Shown here one piece after another: positions 1 to 13,796 of a stretch of DNA of 64,000 nucleotides (the stretch's first letter is position 1; every line of letters starts with the position of its first letter). The DNA lies in the NCBI GenBank assembly GCA_951406725.2, contig OX597840.1, positions 3,224,001 to 3,288,000 on the forward strand. Direction: 5' to 3'. The translations under genes and the position numbers were made by a program. Source of the stretch: Octopus vulgaris (Eukaryota). The notes beneath the pieces were generated by a model that was not told where the DNA came from, did no database searches, and saw only the letters and a list, made by a program, of their open reading frames with translations.

Positions 1-335
1 TCCTCCTCGTTTTCCCACTCTTCTTCCTTTCTCCCTCCCCTCCTCCTCCTCCTCCTCCCTCATCATCATCATCATCAACCATTTTTGCTCTCCTTCTTCC
101 TCGTCACTTTTATGAACGTTTCTTTTCCTTTTCTTCTTGATGATATTTTCTTCGACATCATCATCATCCTCATCATCATCATCTTTATCTTCGACCTGTC
201 TCTCCTTTTACTACACCCCTTCCTCCTACTCCTCCTCCTTCTTGTTCTTCTTTATCCACGTTTTCTTCTACTACTACAACTACTACCACCACCACCACCA
301 CCACCACCACTACCACCACCATTACTACCACCACC

Positions 336-394
<59 letters not shown>

Positions 395-629
395 ATTACT
401 ACTTCTTCCACTTCATCATCATCATTATCATCATCATCATCATCTTTTTCTGCTTCTTCTTCTTCAGTTTCTTCCTCTTCGTTTTCTTTTTCTTCTTTTA
501 CTACTACTACTACTACTACCATTACTACTTCTTCCACTTCATCATCATCATTATCATCATCATCATCATCTTTTTCTGCTTCTTCTTCTTCAGTTTCTTC
601 CTCTTCGTTTTCTTTTTCTTCTTTTACTA

Positions 630-675
<46 letters not shown>

Positions 676-790
676 TTACTACCCCAATGTACTTGGTATT
701 CATTTTATTCTTATTTTCTTCATTTATTTCTAATTCTTCGTTTTCTTCTACTTCTTTCTTCTTCTTCCTCTTCTTCTTCCCCTCCTCCAC
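1..790. repeat. Trinucleotide low-complexity mosaic (CCT/CAT/CAC/CTA/CTT) containing a 126-bp tandem duplication (394-519 / 520-645)
   Basis: 'cattactacttcttccacttcatcatc...cttttactactac' occurs at 394 and again at 520. Confidence 0.9.
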
Positions 791-1123
791 CGTCTTCCTC
801 TTCACCGGGACCTCTGCGTCTTGAGGGTTCCAGTCCAAACCTCAACGGGTTCGAGTCCGACTTTCATCACAACGAAGTCGATAAGTAGATGTCCTACTAG
901 CCAAGCAGAGAAGCAGCAGCAATCAGGTGTATACAACCAACACACCTACACACCGCCGCCACCTCACCCCGACACCACAACACCACCAATGCCACCCCCA
1001 CCTCCACCTCCACCTCCACCACCACCACCACCACCGCCACGTTATTATTGTTATATACACTTCTTAGCTTTGTGCCAATGTGCCAAGGTATGAAGAAATC
1101 AATATCTCGGTTCCAAATATTGC

Positions 1124-1850
1124 GTGTATGTATGTATGTATGTATGTATGTATGTATGTATGTATGTATGTATGTATGTATGTATGTGTATGTATGTATG
1201 TGTATGTATGTATGTGTATGTATGTATGTATGTTTGTATGTATGTATGTATGTATGTATGTATGTATGTATGTGTGTATGTATGTATGTATGTATGTATG
1301 TATGTATGTATGTATGTATTTATGTATGTATGAATGTGTATGTATGTATATATGTATGCATGCATACATGTATGTATGTATGTATGTATGTATGTATGTA
1401 TGTATGTGTATGTATGAATGTGTATGTATGTATGTGTATGTATGTATGTATGTATGTGTATGTATGAATGTGTATGTATGTATGTGTATGTATGTATGTT
1501 TGTATGTATGCATGTATGTATGTATGTATGTATGTATGTATGTATGTATGTATGTATTTATGTATGTATGAATGTGTATGTATGTATATATGTATGCATG
1601 CATACATGTATGTATGTATGTATGTATGTATGTAGGTTTGTATGTATGTATGCATGTATGTATGTATGTATGTATGTATGTATGTATTTATGTATGTATG
1701 AATGTGTATGTATGTATATATGTATGCATGCATACATGTATGTATGTATGTATGTAGGTTTGTATGTATGTATGCATGTATGTATGTATGTATGTATGTA
1801 TGTATGCATGTATGTATGTACGTATGTATGTATGTATATATATATATATA
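1124..1850. repeat. (TATG)n microsatellite with higher-order variant blocks
   Basis: Direct reading; the variant block 'tatttatgtatgtatgaatgtg...gcatgcatacatg' recurs at about 1317, 1555 and 1685. Confidence 0.95.
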
Positions 1851-1919
1851 TGCATACATACACGCAATTTGTATGTGAGTGGGTGTGTTAGTGTATGCAT
1901 GTATGTATATGTGTGCAAG

Positions 1920-1972
<53 letters not shown>

Positions 1973-2550
1973 TAGTTATTTTTATATTTATAAACATACA
2001 TAGATATACGCACATACATCTATTTAGAAATATGTATACATATATACATATATATGCATATATACACGCAATATGTGTGTGTGTGTGTGTGTGTGTGTGT
2101 TAGTGTATGCATGTATGTATATATGTGCAAGTATATATGCACCAGATGGCATTTGCTAAAAAGCATTCGTGAAGTAAAATCACGTAGCAACACCAAATGG
2201 CGGTGCCCCAGCATGGCCACAGCTCGTGAGCTGAAACTAAATAAAATAGTAAAATAATAAATAATAATATATAATATATATATAGTTATTTTTGTATTTA
2301 TAAACATACATAGATATACGCACATACGCATTTACAAATATATATATATATATATACATATATGTGCATACAATAACGCAATATGTTTGTGAGTGTGTGT
2401 GCGTGTTAGTGTATGCGTGTATGTATATATGTGCAAGTATGTATATATATATATAATATATATATAGTTATTATTATATTTATAAACATACATGCATTTA
2501 CAATATATATATATATATACATCTATGTGCATATATACAAGCAATATGTT

Positions 2551-2581
<31 letters not shown>

Positions 2582-2750
2582 TAGTGTATGTGTGTGTGTG
2601 TTAGTGTACGCATGTATGTATATATGTGCAAGCATGTATGTTTATATATAGTTATTTTTATATTTATATATTTATAAACATAGATATACTATACGCACAT
2701 ACATGCATTTACAAATATATATATATATGATTATATGTATGTATACATGT

Positions 2751-2843
<93 letters not shown>

Positions 2844-3331
2844 TATGCATGCTTGCACACACGTATGTTCTTAGGAATACACACACAAACACATACATAC
2901 ATATATACATATGAATGTATGTACGTGTGTATGTTTGCTTCTAATATATCTTTGTATGTGTGTGTATGCGTGTGTGTGTGTGTGTATACGTGTATGTATA
3001 TAGTACAGGTGAATTGGAGTGCATATATAAAGAGAGAGCGAGAATGAGAGAGGCGAGTGAACCATGTGTTGTACAGACATATAAAAGCCTAATGTAACAG
3101 GAGATGCCAGCATCAAGTTAAAAGGGAAGGAATCGCTTACGAGAAAGCCCTTTTTACTTTCTCGCTAATCCCTAAATTCCTGACTTTATAGTCAACGACG
3201 GCACTTCTGGTATGGGAGAACAGAAGCTAAGGGAAGAGAAGGGGAGAGAGAGGGAGGTGGAGAGACGGGAAGGAAGAGATTGTTTGATGGCTGGCTGACT
3301 GGCGGCTGGTAAGCCGGTTGGGCGGGCGGGT

Positions 3332-5378
3332 GGGTGGTTGAATAGATGGAGCGAGGAAGGGATGAAGGGAGGTGGGAAGGATGGAGAGGGAGGCTGGCAG
3401 AGAGGGATGGAATTCGGGAAACTAATATGCAGGGGTTGATGGATGGATGGATGGATGGAAGGATGGATCGATTAATCGATGGATGGTTAGGTGGCTAGAT
3501 GGGTGGATGAATGTAGGAAATGGTAAGCGAAAAATGATCGCTCGTATACAGACAGGTATACCCATGTGTTTATATATTCGTGGTTGTGTCGTAAGAAACT
3601 TGCTTTCCAACCACATGGTTCCAGGTTCAGTCCCACTGTGTGATACCTGAGGCAAGTGTCTTCTACTATAGTCTAAGGTTGGGTGGGTGAATAGATGGAG
3701 CGAGGAAGGGATGAAGGGGGGTGGGAAGGATGGAGAGGGAGGCAAGCAGAGAGGGATGGAGGTCGGGAAACTAATATGCAGGGGTTGATGGATGGATGGA
3801 GGAATGGATCGATTAATCGATGAATGGATGGATGGATTGATGGATGGATTGTTGTAGGAAATGGTAAGCTCGTATACAGACAGGTATACCCCTGTGTTTA
3901 TATATTCGTGGTTGTGTCGTAAGAAACTTGCTTTCCAACCACATGGTTCCGGGTTCAGTCCCACTGTGTAACACCTTGGGCAAGTGTCTTCTACTATAGT
4001 CTAAGGTTGGGTGGATGAATAGATGGAGCGAGGAAGGGAGGTGGGGAGGATGGAGAGAGAGTCAGGCAGAGAGGGATGGAGGTCGGGAAACTAATATGCA
4101 AGGGTGGAGAGGTGGATGGATGGGGGAATGGATCGATTAATCGATGGATGGTTAGGTGGCTAGATGGGTGGATGGATGGGTGGATTGTTGTAGGAAATGG
4201 TAAGCGAAAAATAATCGCTCGTATACAGAGAGGTATACCCCGTGGCAGTGTCGTGAGAAACTTGCTTCCCAACCACATGGTTCCGGGTTCAGTCCCACTG
4301 TGTGGCACCTTGGGCAAGTGTCTTCTACTATAGTCTAAGGTTGGGTGGGTGAATAGATGGAGCGAGGAAGGGAGGAGGGAAGGATGGAGAGAGAGAGACA
4401 GGCAGAGAGGGATGGAGGTCGGGAAACTAATATGCAGGGGTTGATGGATGGATGGATGGATTGAGGAATGGATCGATTAATCGATGGATGGTTAGGTGGC
4501 TAGATGGGTGGATGGTGGGTGGATTGTTGTAGGAAATGGTAAGCGAAAAATAATCGCTCGTATACAGAGAGGTATACCCATGTGTTTATATTTGCGTGGC
4601 AGTGTCGTGAGAAACTTGCTTCCCAACCACATGGTTCCGGGTTCAGTCCCACTGTGTGGCACCTTGGGCAAGTGTCTTCTACTATAGTCTAAGGTTGGGT
4701 GGGTGAATAGATGGAGCGAGGAAGGGAGGAGGGAAGGATGGAGAGAGAGAGACAGGCAGAGAGGGAGGGAGGTCGGGAAACTAATATGCAGGGGTTGATG
4801 GATGGATGGATGGAGGAATGGATCGATTAATCGATGGATGGTTAGGTGGCTAGATGGATGGATGGATGGGTGGATTGTTGTAGGAAATGGTAAGCGAAAA
4901 ATAATCGCTCGTATACAGACAGGTATACCCATGTGTTTATATTTGCGTGGCTGTGTCGTAAGAAACTTGCTTTCCAACCACAGGGTTCCGGGTTCAGTCC
5001 CACTGTGTAACACCTTGGGCAAGTGTCTTCTACTATAGTCTAAGGTTGGGTGGATGAATAGATGGAGCGAGGAAGGGAGGAGGGAGAGGAGAGAGAGAGA
5101 GACAGGCAGAGAGGGATGGAGGTCGGGAAACTAATATGCAGAGGTGGATGGATGGATGGATCGATCGATCGATCGATTAATCGATAGATGGTAAGGTGGC
5201 TAGATGGATGGATGGATTGTTGTAGGAAATGGTAAGTGAAAAATGTTCGTTCGTATACAGACAGGTATACGCATGTGTTTATATTTGCGTGGCTGTGTCG
5301 TAAGAAACTTGCTTCCCAACCACATGGTTCCGGGTTCAGTCCCACTGTGTGACACCTTGGGCAAGTGTCTTCTACTCT
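3332..5378 (+). repeat. Tandem array of six ~330-350 bp units, each a purine-rich/GGAT spacer plus a truncated family-A SINE head
   Basis: Anchor 'gaatagatggagcgagg' at 3340, 3689, 4017, 4351, 4705, 5056; each unit carries 'accacatggttccgggttcagtcccactgtg...ggcaagtgtcttctact' or a close variant. Confidence 0.95.
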
Positions 5379-5445
5379 AGCCTAGGGCCGACAGGGTCTT
5401 GTAAGTGGATTTGGTATACGAAAACTGAAAGACGCCCGTCGTGTG
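5289..5445 (+). mobile_element. tRNA-derived SINE family A, 5' half (last unit of the tandem array)
   Basis: A-box-like 'tggctgtgtcg', B-box-like 'gggttcagtccc', continuing into 'gtggatttggta...aaactgaaaga' as in other family-A copies. Confidence 0.85.
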
Positions 5446-5691
5446 TGTGTATACATATACACACACATATTTATATACACACACATATATCTGTGTGTGT
5501 GAGAGAGAGAGGCTGCATTACCAAGTGATTATTGTACACGGCATCGCGGTTTCGATTCCCGGACAGGGCGGTACATTGTGTTCTTGAGCAAGTCATTTCA
5601 GCTCAGGTCGCTCTGTGATGATTTCGACGATTGAAAGGTAGCACATTGTGCACCTGTAAAGGCAATGTTGATTTGATGGAGGGAGTGTGGA

Positions 5692-5746
<55 letters not shown>

Positions 5747-5754
5747 GTAGATAA

Positions 5755-5880
5755 GTTTCTTTATTGGCCACACAGAGTTGCACACAGATGGGACAAGTTA
5801 CAAGGTAGAGCTTTTCTTTTGAGGGAGAAAAAAAAAAGGTGGCGTAGGTTTTCGATCAAAAGGGATCGTAAAAGGGAAAA
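5755..5880 (-). mobile_element. 3' end of Tx1/L1-like LINE (same family as 63075-63760)
   Basis: 'gtttctttattggccacacagagttgcacacagat...acaaggtagagcttttcttttga' matches the sequence at 63075 and 63933. Confidence 0.8.
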
Positions 5881-5965
5881 AAGAACAAAAAAAAGAAAAA
5901 AGAACAAAAGGTAAAGAAAAAAAAGAAAAAGGGAAAAGGTACAAAAGAAAAGAAAAATGAGATAT

Positions 5966-6151
<186 letters not shown>

Positions 6152-6564
6152 TTACTATTAGGATTTCGTTGCAGTAACCTATGTTCCTCAAATTTTCACG
6201 CATGAGAAGTGAGATAACGAGTGTGTGTGTGTGTATGGGTGGGTGGGTGTGTATGCGGAGAAGAAAATTATAGGCAGGAAAAAATTGATAGATTATTTCA
6301 CTAATGTACGGAAGGAAGGTGAGAGTTTAAGGGAGATACATTAGAAGAGAGAGAAACAAAGAAAGAGAGAGAGAGAAAGAGAGACAGAGAGAGGGAGAAA
6401 TGTAGGAATGAAGAATTTACTGAGTGAGATAGAGAATGAATGAGAGAGAGAGAGAGTGAGAGTGTGTGTGTATGTGTGTGTGTGGGCCTTGAATAAATAT
6501 ATCACGTTTCTGAGAATTAATTAATTAATAGTGGAGTATTATATAACTGAAATGAACTGTAAAG

Positions 6565-6612
<48 letters not shown>

Positions 6613-7034
6613 ACATGTACATATATATATATACATGTGTGTATGTATGAAAGTATGTATGTATACAAACATACACATATATATGGACATATAGTTATAT
6701 ATGTTTGCGTGTGTGTATACACATTCATGTATATGTATATATATGTGTGTATATTTGTAAACGTATATATATATATATATATATATGCATATATATATAT
6801 ATATATATATATATGCATATATATATATATATATACACACATTCACATGTATAAATGTAGTTATGTATACATATACGTATGTATACTTATATATATATAC
6901 ACACATAGACACAACCATGTGTAACCTATACAGTGTACTCATAAACACACATCAATACGCAAGAGAAGTTACTCAAAATGTTGAATGGCTGCACTCTAGT
7001 TCAACTGAAGCGCAAAAGTTGCAATCTTGAAGTT

Positions 7035-7269
<235 letters not shown>

Positions 7270-7554
7270 GACGGCTCCACAGTTATTTGAGGTTAGGATT
7301 GGTGTGATGAAAGGCGACGTTCTTGTTTCAACCTTCTTACCACATATTTTTCTGCTGTTCATCTTTACTCTTTACACTATTTTAGAAATGCCTCGTACTG
7401 TAACAAGACTTGTTATATCCAAACACCTCCCCAAATTTAATCATTCTTGACTTTCCGTACATGAGAATCATTAAACCGTAACACTTAATATTTACAAGAC
7501 TTTTCGCTAAATTCTTCCAAGAATAAGTAATCCAAACATCGAAATAACCAGTAG

Positions 7555-7792
7555 GAATATTAGTTTCAAAGATTGGCACAAGGCCACGAGTTTTGAGAGT
7601 CGATGTAAGTCAGTTTCATCGACCCCAGTACTCAGCTGGTACTTATTTTATAGACACCGAAAGGATGAAAGTCAAAGCCGACCCCAGCATAATTTGAACG
7701 CAAAATTTGAGCTAAAATTTGAAGTCAAAATGGACGTAATGCCAATAGCTATTTTGTCCGGCGCGGTATCAATTCTGCCCGCTCGCCGTCTT
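7555..7792 (-). mobile_element. SINE family B, diverged copy
   Basis: Reverse complement has the 'ggcgagcgggcagaa' head and 'ctttcatcctttcggtgtctataaaataagtaccag' body shared with 29779, 30286, 45250. Confidence 0.8.
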
Positions 7793-7924
7793 AACTAGCA
7801 GGGATATTGCTATCGCTGAAGGTGCGTGACCTCGTGCTTACGTTGTTGCCCTCATGGTCGTCGTTTCGACTCCCCAATTGGGTGGTGGTGTGTTGTATTC
7901 TTGAACAAAGCACTTCATTTCGTG

Positions 7925-8198
7925 TTACTCCAACAACGATAATTCACGGGCACTTTGAGAGGGATCTAACTTGATTGTGGATTTCAGATCGTCATTATCC
8001 AGCTTTGTTTCTGGTCGACCGCGTTGCCCATTTGTGAGGTCAAAGTGACCAGAACGAAATTTTGCAAACCAATCTGATACTATCTGCTGTGTAATAACAT
8101 TAGAAGGAAATACTCCATTAACATTCCGAGCTGTCTGTGATGCTTTATTTCCAAGAAAAAACTCATATTTCAAAACTAGAGAATTCTGACTTATCCAT
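7925..8198 (-). pseudogene. Mariner transposase N-terminal HTH fragment, frameshifted and truncated
   Basis: KYEFFLGNKASQTARNVNGVF...VSDWFAKFRSGHFDLTNGQRGRP..LDNDDLK...DPSQSAREL is the mariner (Mos1/Hsmar1-type) HTH pattern; ATG at 8198 is out of frame with it. Confidence 0.9.
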
Positions 8199-8354
8199 CT
8201 CTAAAAAAAATAGCCAAAAACGATTTATAAATACTTTATATAAAGTGCAAAATGAGTTAGAATAAAGAAACGGATATGTCAGCTTTCTAACAAAAAGTAA
8301 AGATCGTCAAAATATAATAATGTCGCAAAATGAGCGGCTGTCAAAGTTTACCAT

Positions 8355-8574
8355 ATACTCTTTTATACTCTTTTAATTGTTTCAGTCATTTGACTGTGGC
8401 CATGCTGGAGCACCGCCTTTAGACGAGCAAATCGACCCCGGGACTTATTCTTTGTAAGCTCAGTACTTATTCTATCGGTCTCTTTTGCCAAATCGCTAAG
8501 TTACGGAGACATAAACACACCAGCATCGGTTGTCAAGCAATGTTGGGGGGACAAACACAGACACACAAACACGT

Positions 8575-8605
<31 letters not shown>

Positions 8606-8964
8606 CATATATACGACGGGCTTCTTTCAGTTTCCGTCTACCAAATCCACTCACAAGGCTTTGGTCAGCCCGAGGCTATAGTAGAAGACACTTGCCCAAG
8701 GTGCCACGTAGTGGGACTGAACCCGGAACCATGTGGTTGGTAAACAAGCTACTTACCACACAGCCACTCCTGCACCTATATATATATATATACATATATA
8801 CGACGGGCTTCTTTCAGTTTCCGTCTACCAAATCCACTCACAAGGCTTTGGTCAGCCCGAGGCTATAGTAGAAGACACTTGCCCAAGGTGCCACGTAGTG
8901 GGACTGAACCCGGAACCATGTGGTTGGTAAGCAAGCTACTTACCACACAGCCACTCCTGCGCCT
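8355..8964 (-). mobile_element. SINE family A, full length (8355-8777) plus tandem duplicated head (8798-8964)
   Basis: Head 'ggcgcaggagtggctgtgtggtaag', internal (CA)/(TA) repeat and tail 'ggcggtgctccagcatggccacagtcaaatgactgaaac' on the minus strand; the head block occurs twice. Confidence 0.92.
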
Positions 8965-9496
8965 ACCTTACTACAAATCTCATACTTGACGACCAAATAA
9001 TTTAGTTACTTGTACGCCACGGAAACTTGGCTCTGGGTCCTCTTAGGATCATGACAAACCTAATAACGTCACCTAATAACGTCTCCTGCTTTTCTTACCT
9101 CGTTTCCGTCTTATCATCTAATCCGTACCTCAACAATAAGATCAAGATCAATTACAAGACAGGTGTAACTCACGTTGTGTATTTTTCAGCTTTTACTTGT
9201 TCCAATGATTAGATTGCGGCCCTGTTGGGGCACCACCTCGAAGGGTTATTAGGCGAAAGAAAATCGATCATAACCCTCATATTTATTTTATAAGTCTGGT
9301 ACTTATTCTATCCTTCCATTTTGTCGAACCACGAGTTGATAGGACGTAAACAAAGCAACACCAGTAGGAAAGCAATAGTGAGGGGCAACACAAAAACTAA
9401 GACACAGCGACTCCCACCCTCCAAAAACAAAAATTTGGCGAGCTTCCACAGAGCTTTCGCCTACTCACAAAGCATGGGTCGGTCCGATACTGAACA

Positions 9497-10220
9497 TCAT
9501 ATACATACATAAGTACGTACGCACACACATACACACACATACATACATGATGCATACATACACACATACATACACATATATACATACATACATACATACA
9601 TACATACATACATACATACATACATACATACATACATGCATACGTATATACATGAACACACATGCTGATCATCATATACATACATAAGTACGTACGCACA
9701 CACATACACACACATACATACATGATGCATACATACACACATACATACACATATATACATACATACATACATACATACATACATACATACATGCATACGT
9801 ATATACATACATACACACACGCTGAACATCATATACATACATAAGTACGTATGCACATACATACATACACATACATACATACATGCATGCATACGTACAT
9901 ACACACACACATACATACATACATACACACACAAACATACATACATACATACATACATAATACATACATACATACATACATACATACATACATACATACA
10001 TGAACACACATGCTGATCATCATATACATATATAAGTACGTACGCACATGCATACATGCATACATAATACATACATGCATAGATACATACATATATACAT
10101 GCATACACACATACATAGATATAGTGAACATCATATACATACATAAGTACGTACACACATACATACATACACATACACATGCATACATACATACATAAAT
10201 ATTACATACATGCATACACA
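9497..10220. repeat. (CATA)n microsatellite with higher-order units of about 160-180 bp
   Basis: 'catcatatacatacataagtacgta' or close variant recurs at about 9496, 9670, 9827, 10018, 10129. Confidence 0.9.
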
Positions 10221-10381
10221 CACACTGTCACAATTTTCTTCAAATTATAAATGTATGTATGTATATATATACGTATGTTTGTACGAACGTACGTATATAT
10301 GCTTGTGTGCAGATTTGTATGTATGTTTTATATATGTATTCTCATGCACATAGTTGCATATTTACACATGCTGATATAAAC

Positions 10382-10584
10382 TTAAATGATAAACTTCTGG
10401 AAAGTTTTACAGATTTTTACAGTTCCAGTGATGGATTGGATCTGTAGGCTTCGAATCAGCTTTCTCCTTTCTGAGTTTTGAGAAGCCTAAGTTCTCAATC
10501 CCTGAACTTGTAACCGGGATAGAATAAGTGCAGATTTCGAAATAGTTCAGCGTTGGTATTCTCTTTCCACAGATCTTCAGCTTG
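10382..10584 (-). mobile_element. C-terminal fragment of an RLE-type (R4-like) non-LTR retrotransposon, degenerate
   Basis: Across frameshifts the minus strand reads KENTNAELFRNLHLFYPGYKF / ENLGFSK / ERRKLIRSLQIQSITGTVKICKTFQKFII*, resembling the 'LQ...GT..I' C-terminus of RLE LINEs. Confidence 0.65.
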
Positions 10585-10632
10585 TATATATATGTATGTA
10601 TATATATATCTGTCTGTCTGTCTGTCTTTCTC

Positions 10633-10850
10633 TATGTATGTATGTATGTATGTATGTATGTATGTATGTATGTATGTATGTATGTATGTATGCATGCATG
10701 TATGTATGTATGTATGTATGCATGTATGTATGTATGTATGTATGTGTGTATGTGTGTATGTATGTATGTAATTATGTGTGTATGTATGTGTGTGTATGTA
10801 TGTGTGTATGTATGTATGCATGTATGTATGTATGCATGTATGTATGTATG

Positions 10851-10882
<32 letters not shown>

Positions 10883-10954
10883 AATGTATGTATGTGTGTA
10901 TGTATGTGTGTATGTGTGTATGTATGTGTGTGTGTATGCATGTATGTATGTATG

Positions 10955-10986
<32 letters not shown>

Positions 10987-11300
10987 AATGTATGTATGTG
11001 TGTATGTATGTGTGTATGTGTGTATGTATGTATGTGTGTATGTATGTGTGTATGTGTGTATGTATGTATGTATGTATGTATGTATGTATGTATGTATGTA
11101 TGTATGTATGTATGTATGTGTGTATGTATGTATGTATGTATGTATGTATGTGTGTATGTATGTGTGTATGTGTGTATGTATGTATGTATGCATGTATGAA
11201 TGTATGTGTGTATGTATGTATGTATGTATGTATGTATGTATGTATGTATGTGTGTATGTATGTATGCATGCATGTACGTATGTATGTATGTATGTATGTA
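10633..11300. repeat. (TATG)n/(TG)n microsatellite
   Basis: Direct reading. Confidence 0.97.
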
Positions 11301-11634
11301 TATATATATATGTATGTCAGACTATAAATTCTATGTGTATATAAGAATGTCACATTTGTGCATTCAGGTAAAGTCGGTACATCTATTTAAAGAGAAGCCT
11401 TCCAGAACCTTCTCCGGGGAAATCTTCGACTTGAAAACGCAATTACATTCCGTTTCATTCCTCCCACTTGCTCTTCCAATCTCTTCCTTCACTCCCTTCT
11501 CCATTTGCTTCCTCATCCTCCTCTTCCATATCCTCCGCCTACTTTTTCTGTTTCTACTCATTATTATTCTTCGTCTTTGTTTTTCCCTTTCTCTTTCTCC
11601 GTATTTGAATCACCTTTGTTTTCTTAACCCCTCT

Positions 11635-12011
11635 ACTTCATCATCATCATCATCATTCATCATCATCATCGTCTTCTTCTTCTTTTTCTTCTTCTTCTCT
11701 TCTTCTCTTTCTTCATCTTCTCTTTCTTCATCTTCTTCTCTTTCTTCATCTCTTTCTTCATCTTCTCTTTCTTCATCTTCTTCTCTTTCTTCATCTTCTC
11801 TTTCTTCATCTTCTTCTCTTTCTTCATCTTCTCTTTCTTCATCTTCTTCTCTTTCTTCATCTTCTCTTTCTTCATCTTCTTCTCTTTCTTCATCTTCTTC
11901 TCTTTCTTCATCTTCTTTCTTCATCTACTTCTCCTCTTTATTCATCATCATCTTTTTCTTCTTCTTCTTCTTCTTCTTCTTCTTCTTCTTCTTCTTCTTC
12001 TTCTTCTTCTT

Positions 12012-12048
<37 letters not shown>

Positions 12049-12292
12049 AACTCTTCTTCTTTTTCTTCTACTTCTCCTTCTTTTTCTTCTTCTACTACTA
12101 CTACTACTACTACTACTACTTATTCTTCTACTTCTTCTAGCATTTCTTCACCTCTTTCTTCTTTACGTCCTCTTCCTCGTTCTTCTTGTTTTCCTCCTTC
12201 TTCGTTATTCTTCTTTCATTGTCTTCTTTCGTTCATCTTTCTAACCCTTCAATTACCCTTTTTCCGCCGTTACCTCCACTTTCGTTGTCATT

Positions 12293-12341
<49 letters not shown>

Positions 12342-12345
12342 AGCC
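11635..12345. repeat. Pyrimidine-rich 15/18-bp minisatellite (ctttcttcatcttct[tct]) plus (CTT)n and (CTA)n runs
   Basis: Direct reading of 11695-11920 and flanks. Confidence 0.9.
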
Positions 12346-12365
12346 ACTACCATATATCTAATAAT

Positions 12366-12555
12366 ACCCGCGCTGGCCAAAATGCTCAGCGGTATTTCAT
12401 CCATCTTTAAGTTCTAGGTTCAAATTCCGCCGAAGTCGACTTTGCCTTTCATCTTTTCGAGGGTCGATAAAATAAGTACCAGCTGAGCACTGAGGGGTAA
12501 TCGGTTAGCTCCCCCTCCCGAAATTAGTAGCCCTTTGCCAATTTGGAACCAACAT
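12366..12555 (+). mobile_element. SINE family B, 5'-truncated
   Basis: 'ggttcaaattccgccgaagtcgactttgcctttcatcttttcgagggtcgataaaataagtaccag'. Confidence 0.85.
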
Positions 12556-13205
12556 TATTACACTCACACCCTCCCCCTTTCAATCTACTTTTTGATCTTC
12601 GTTCACGTTCTCTTTCTTCTTATGGCTGTTGTTCTCTTTCATTCTTTTCTTCTTCTCTTTCCCTTTGTTCTAAACTGCTAGAAATAACAACCAAAATATT
12701 TTCCAAGCCACCTCCTAACACTTGAAGGGCACATAACATAATGTTCTAGAAAAATTATGAACCCCCCAAGACCACCACCACCACCAAAATCTGTGGTAGT
12801 TACAGCTGAAACGCAGCTGAAGATAGGAGTGGTCGATGAGGTCTTACCTGGGGCTAAACGACAACAGGAAAAGCAACATAGGCAGCTGTTTGACATAAAC
12901 GAGTGATTGACATGCATGGCTAATTAATGCTCTCGGCTGATTAATTTTCCCAAATAATCGATTCACACACACATTTTAAATTAGCGGTTAAACCTCTACG
13001 TGGTCGAAGGATTTATAAGAAATTTCAGCTAAATCCTCCTTAAATAGGTTAGCCATCACACGCAAGCGAGAATGGCTATCGGCTTGTATTTGCCTTTCGG
13101 CATCTCTGTACACACCAGAAGATAAAGACACAGTCCCGGCTTTCCTATCATTCGTAGTTGTGAGATGGAGAAAGAGAAAGCAATGCTGGTTCTACGGCTT
13201 GACCG

Positions 13206-13322
13206 TGTGGCTTGGGGCAAGCACATTTGTGTAATTAACAAGTGCGTTTGAGGATCATGTGGTTTTGGGGAAAGCACGTTTGTGTAGTTAACAAGTGCGT
13301 TTGAGGACCATGTGATTTGGGT
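13206..13322. repeat. 53-bp tandem repeat, about 2.2 copies
   Basis: 'aagcac.tttgtgta.ttaacaagtgcgtttgagga.catgtg' at 13219 and 13272. Confidence 0.85.
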
Positions 13323-13470
13323 TTCTGTTAGGGTCCGTAGCACATTGAGCAAGTACATCCTAAAGTACGTGCTCTCATTTTACGTTTGATATTGCTTTGT
13401 CGGCCCCTTTAGCGAACCGGTCGCGTACGAGGACGTAAAGAACCCGAAATCGGTTAACCAGTGAGAAAAC

Positions 13471-13509
<39 letters not shown>

Positions 13510-13740
13510 TGGAGTTTTACGCAGGTATAATTCAAAATTCAAATACTTTTACTTCCGACAAATGTTTCGAAGATTTCACTGATATTATTCCAAACAAGGG
13601 AAAAATATACTCATCTATTTATATATATAATTATACATATATAAACTATTTATATATAGATTCACCGGTGTTGCCCCAGCATGGCCGCGGCCTTCGGGCT
13701 AAAACATTTTTTAGGATTTAAGGATATATATATATAAACA

Positions 13741-13796
<56 letters not shown>

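Noticed and set aside
800-1045. GC-richer unique stretch with Pro-rich ORFs
   Set aside because: No recognisable domain, ATG start or splice sites; the poly-Pro comes from a (CCA)n repeat.
3332-5378. Regularly spaced repeats resembling a CRISPR array
   Set aside because: Whole ~340-bp units repeat with no unique spacers, there are no cas genes, and the context is eukaryotic.
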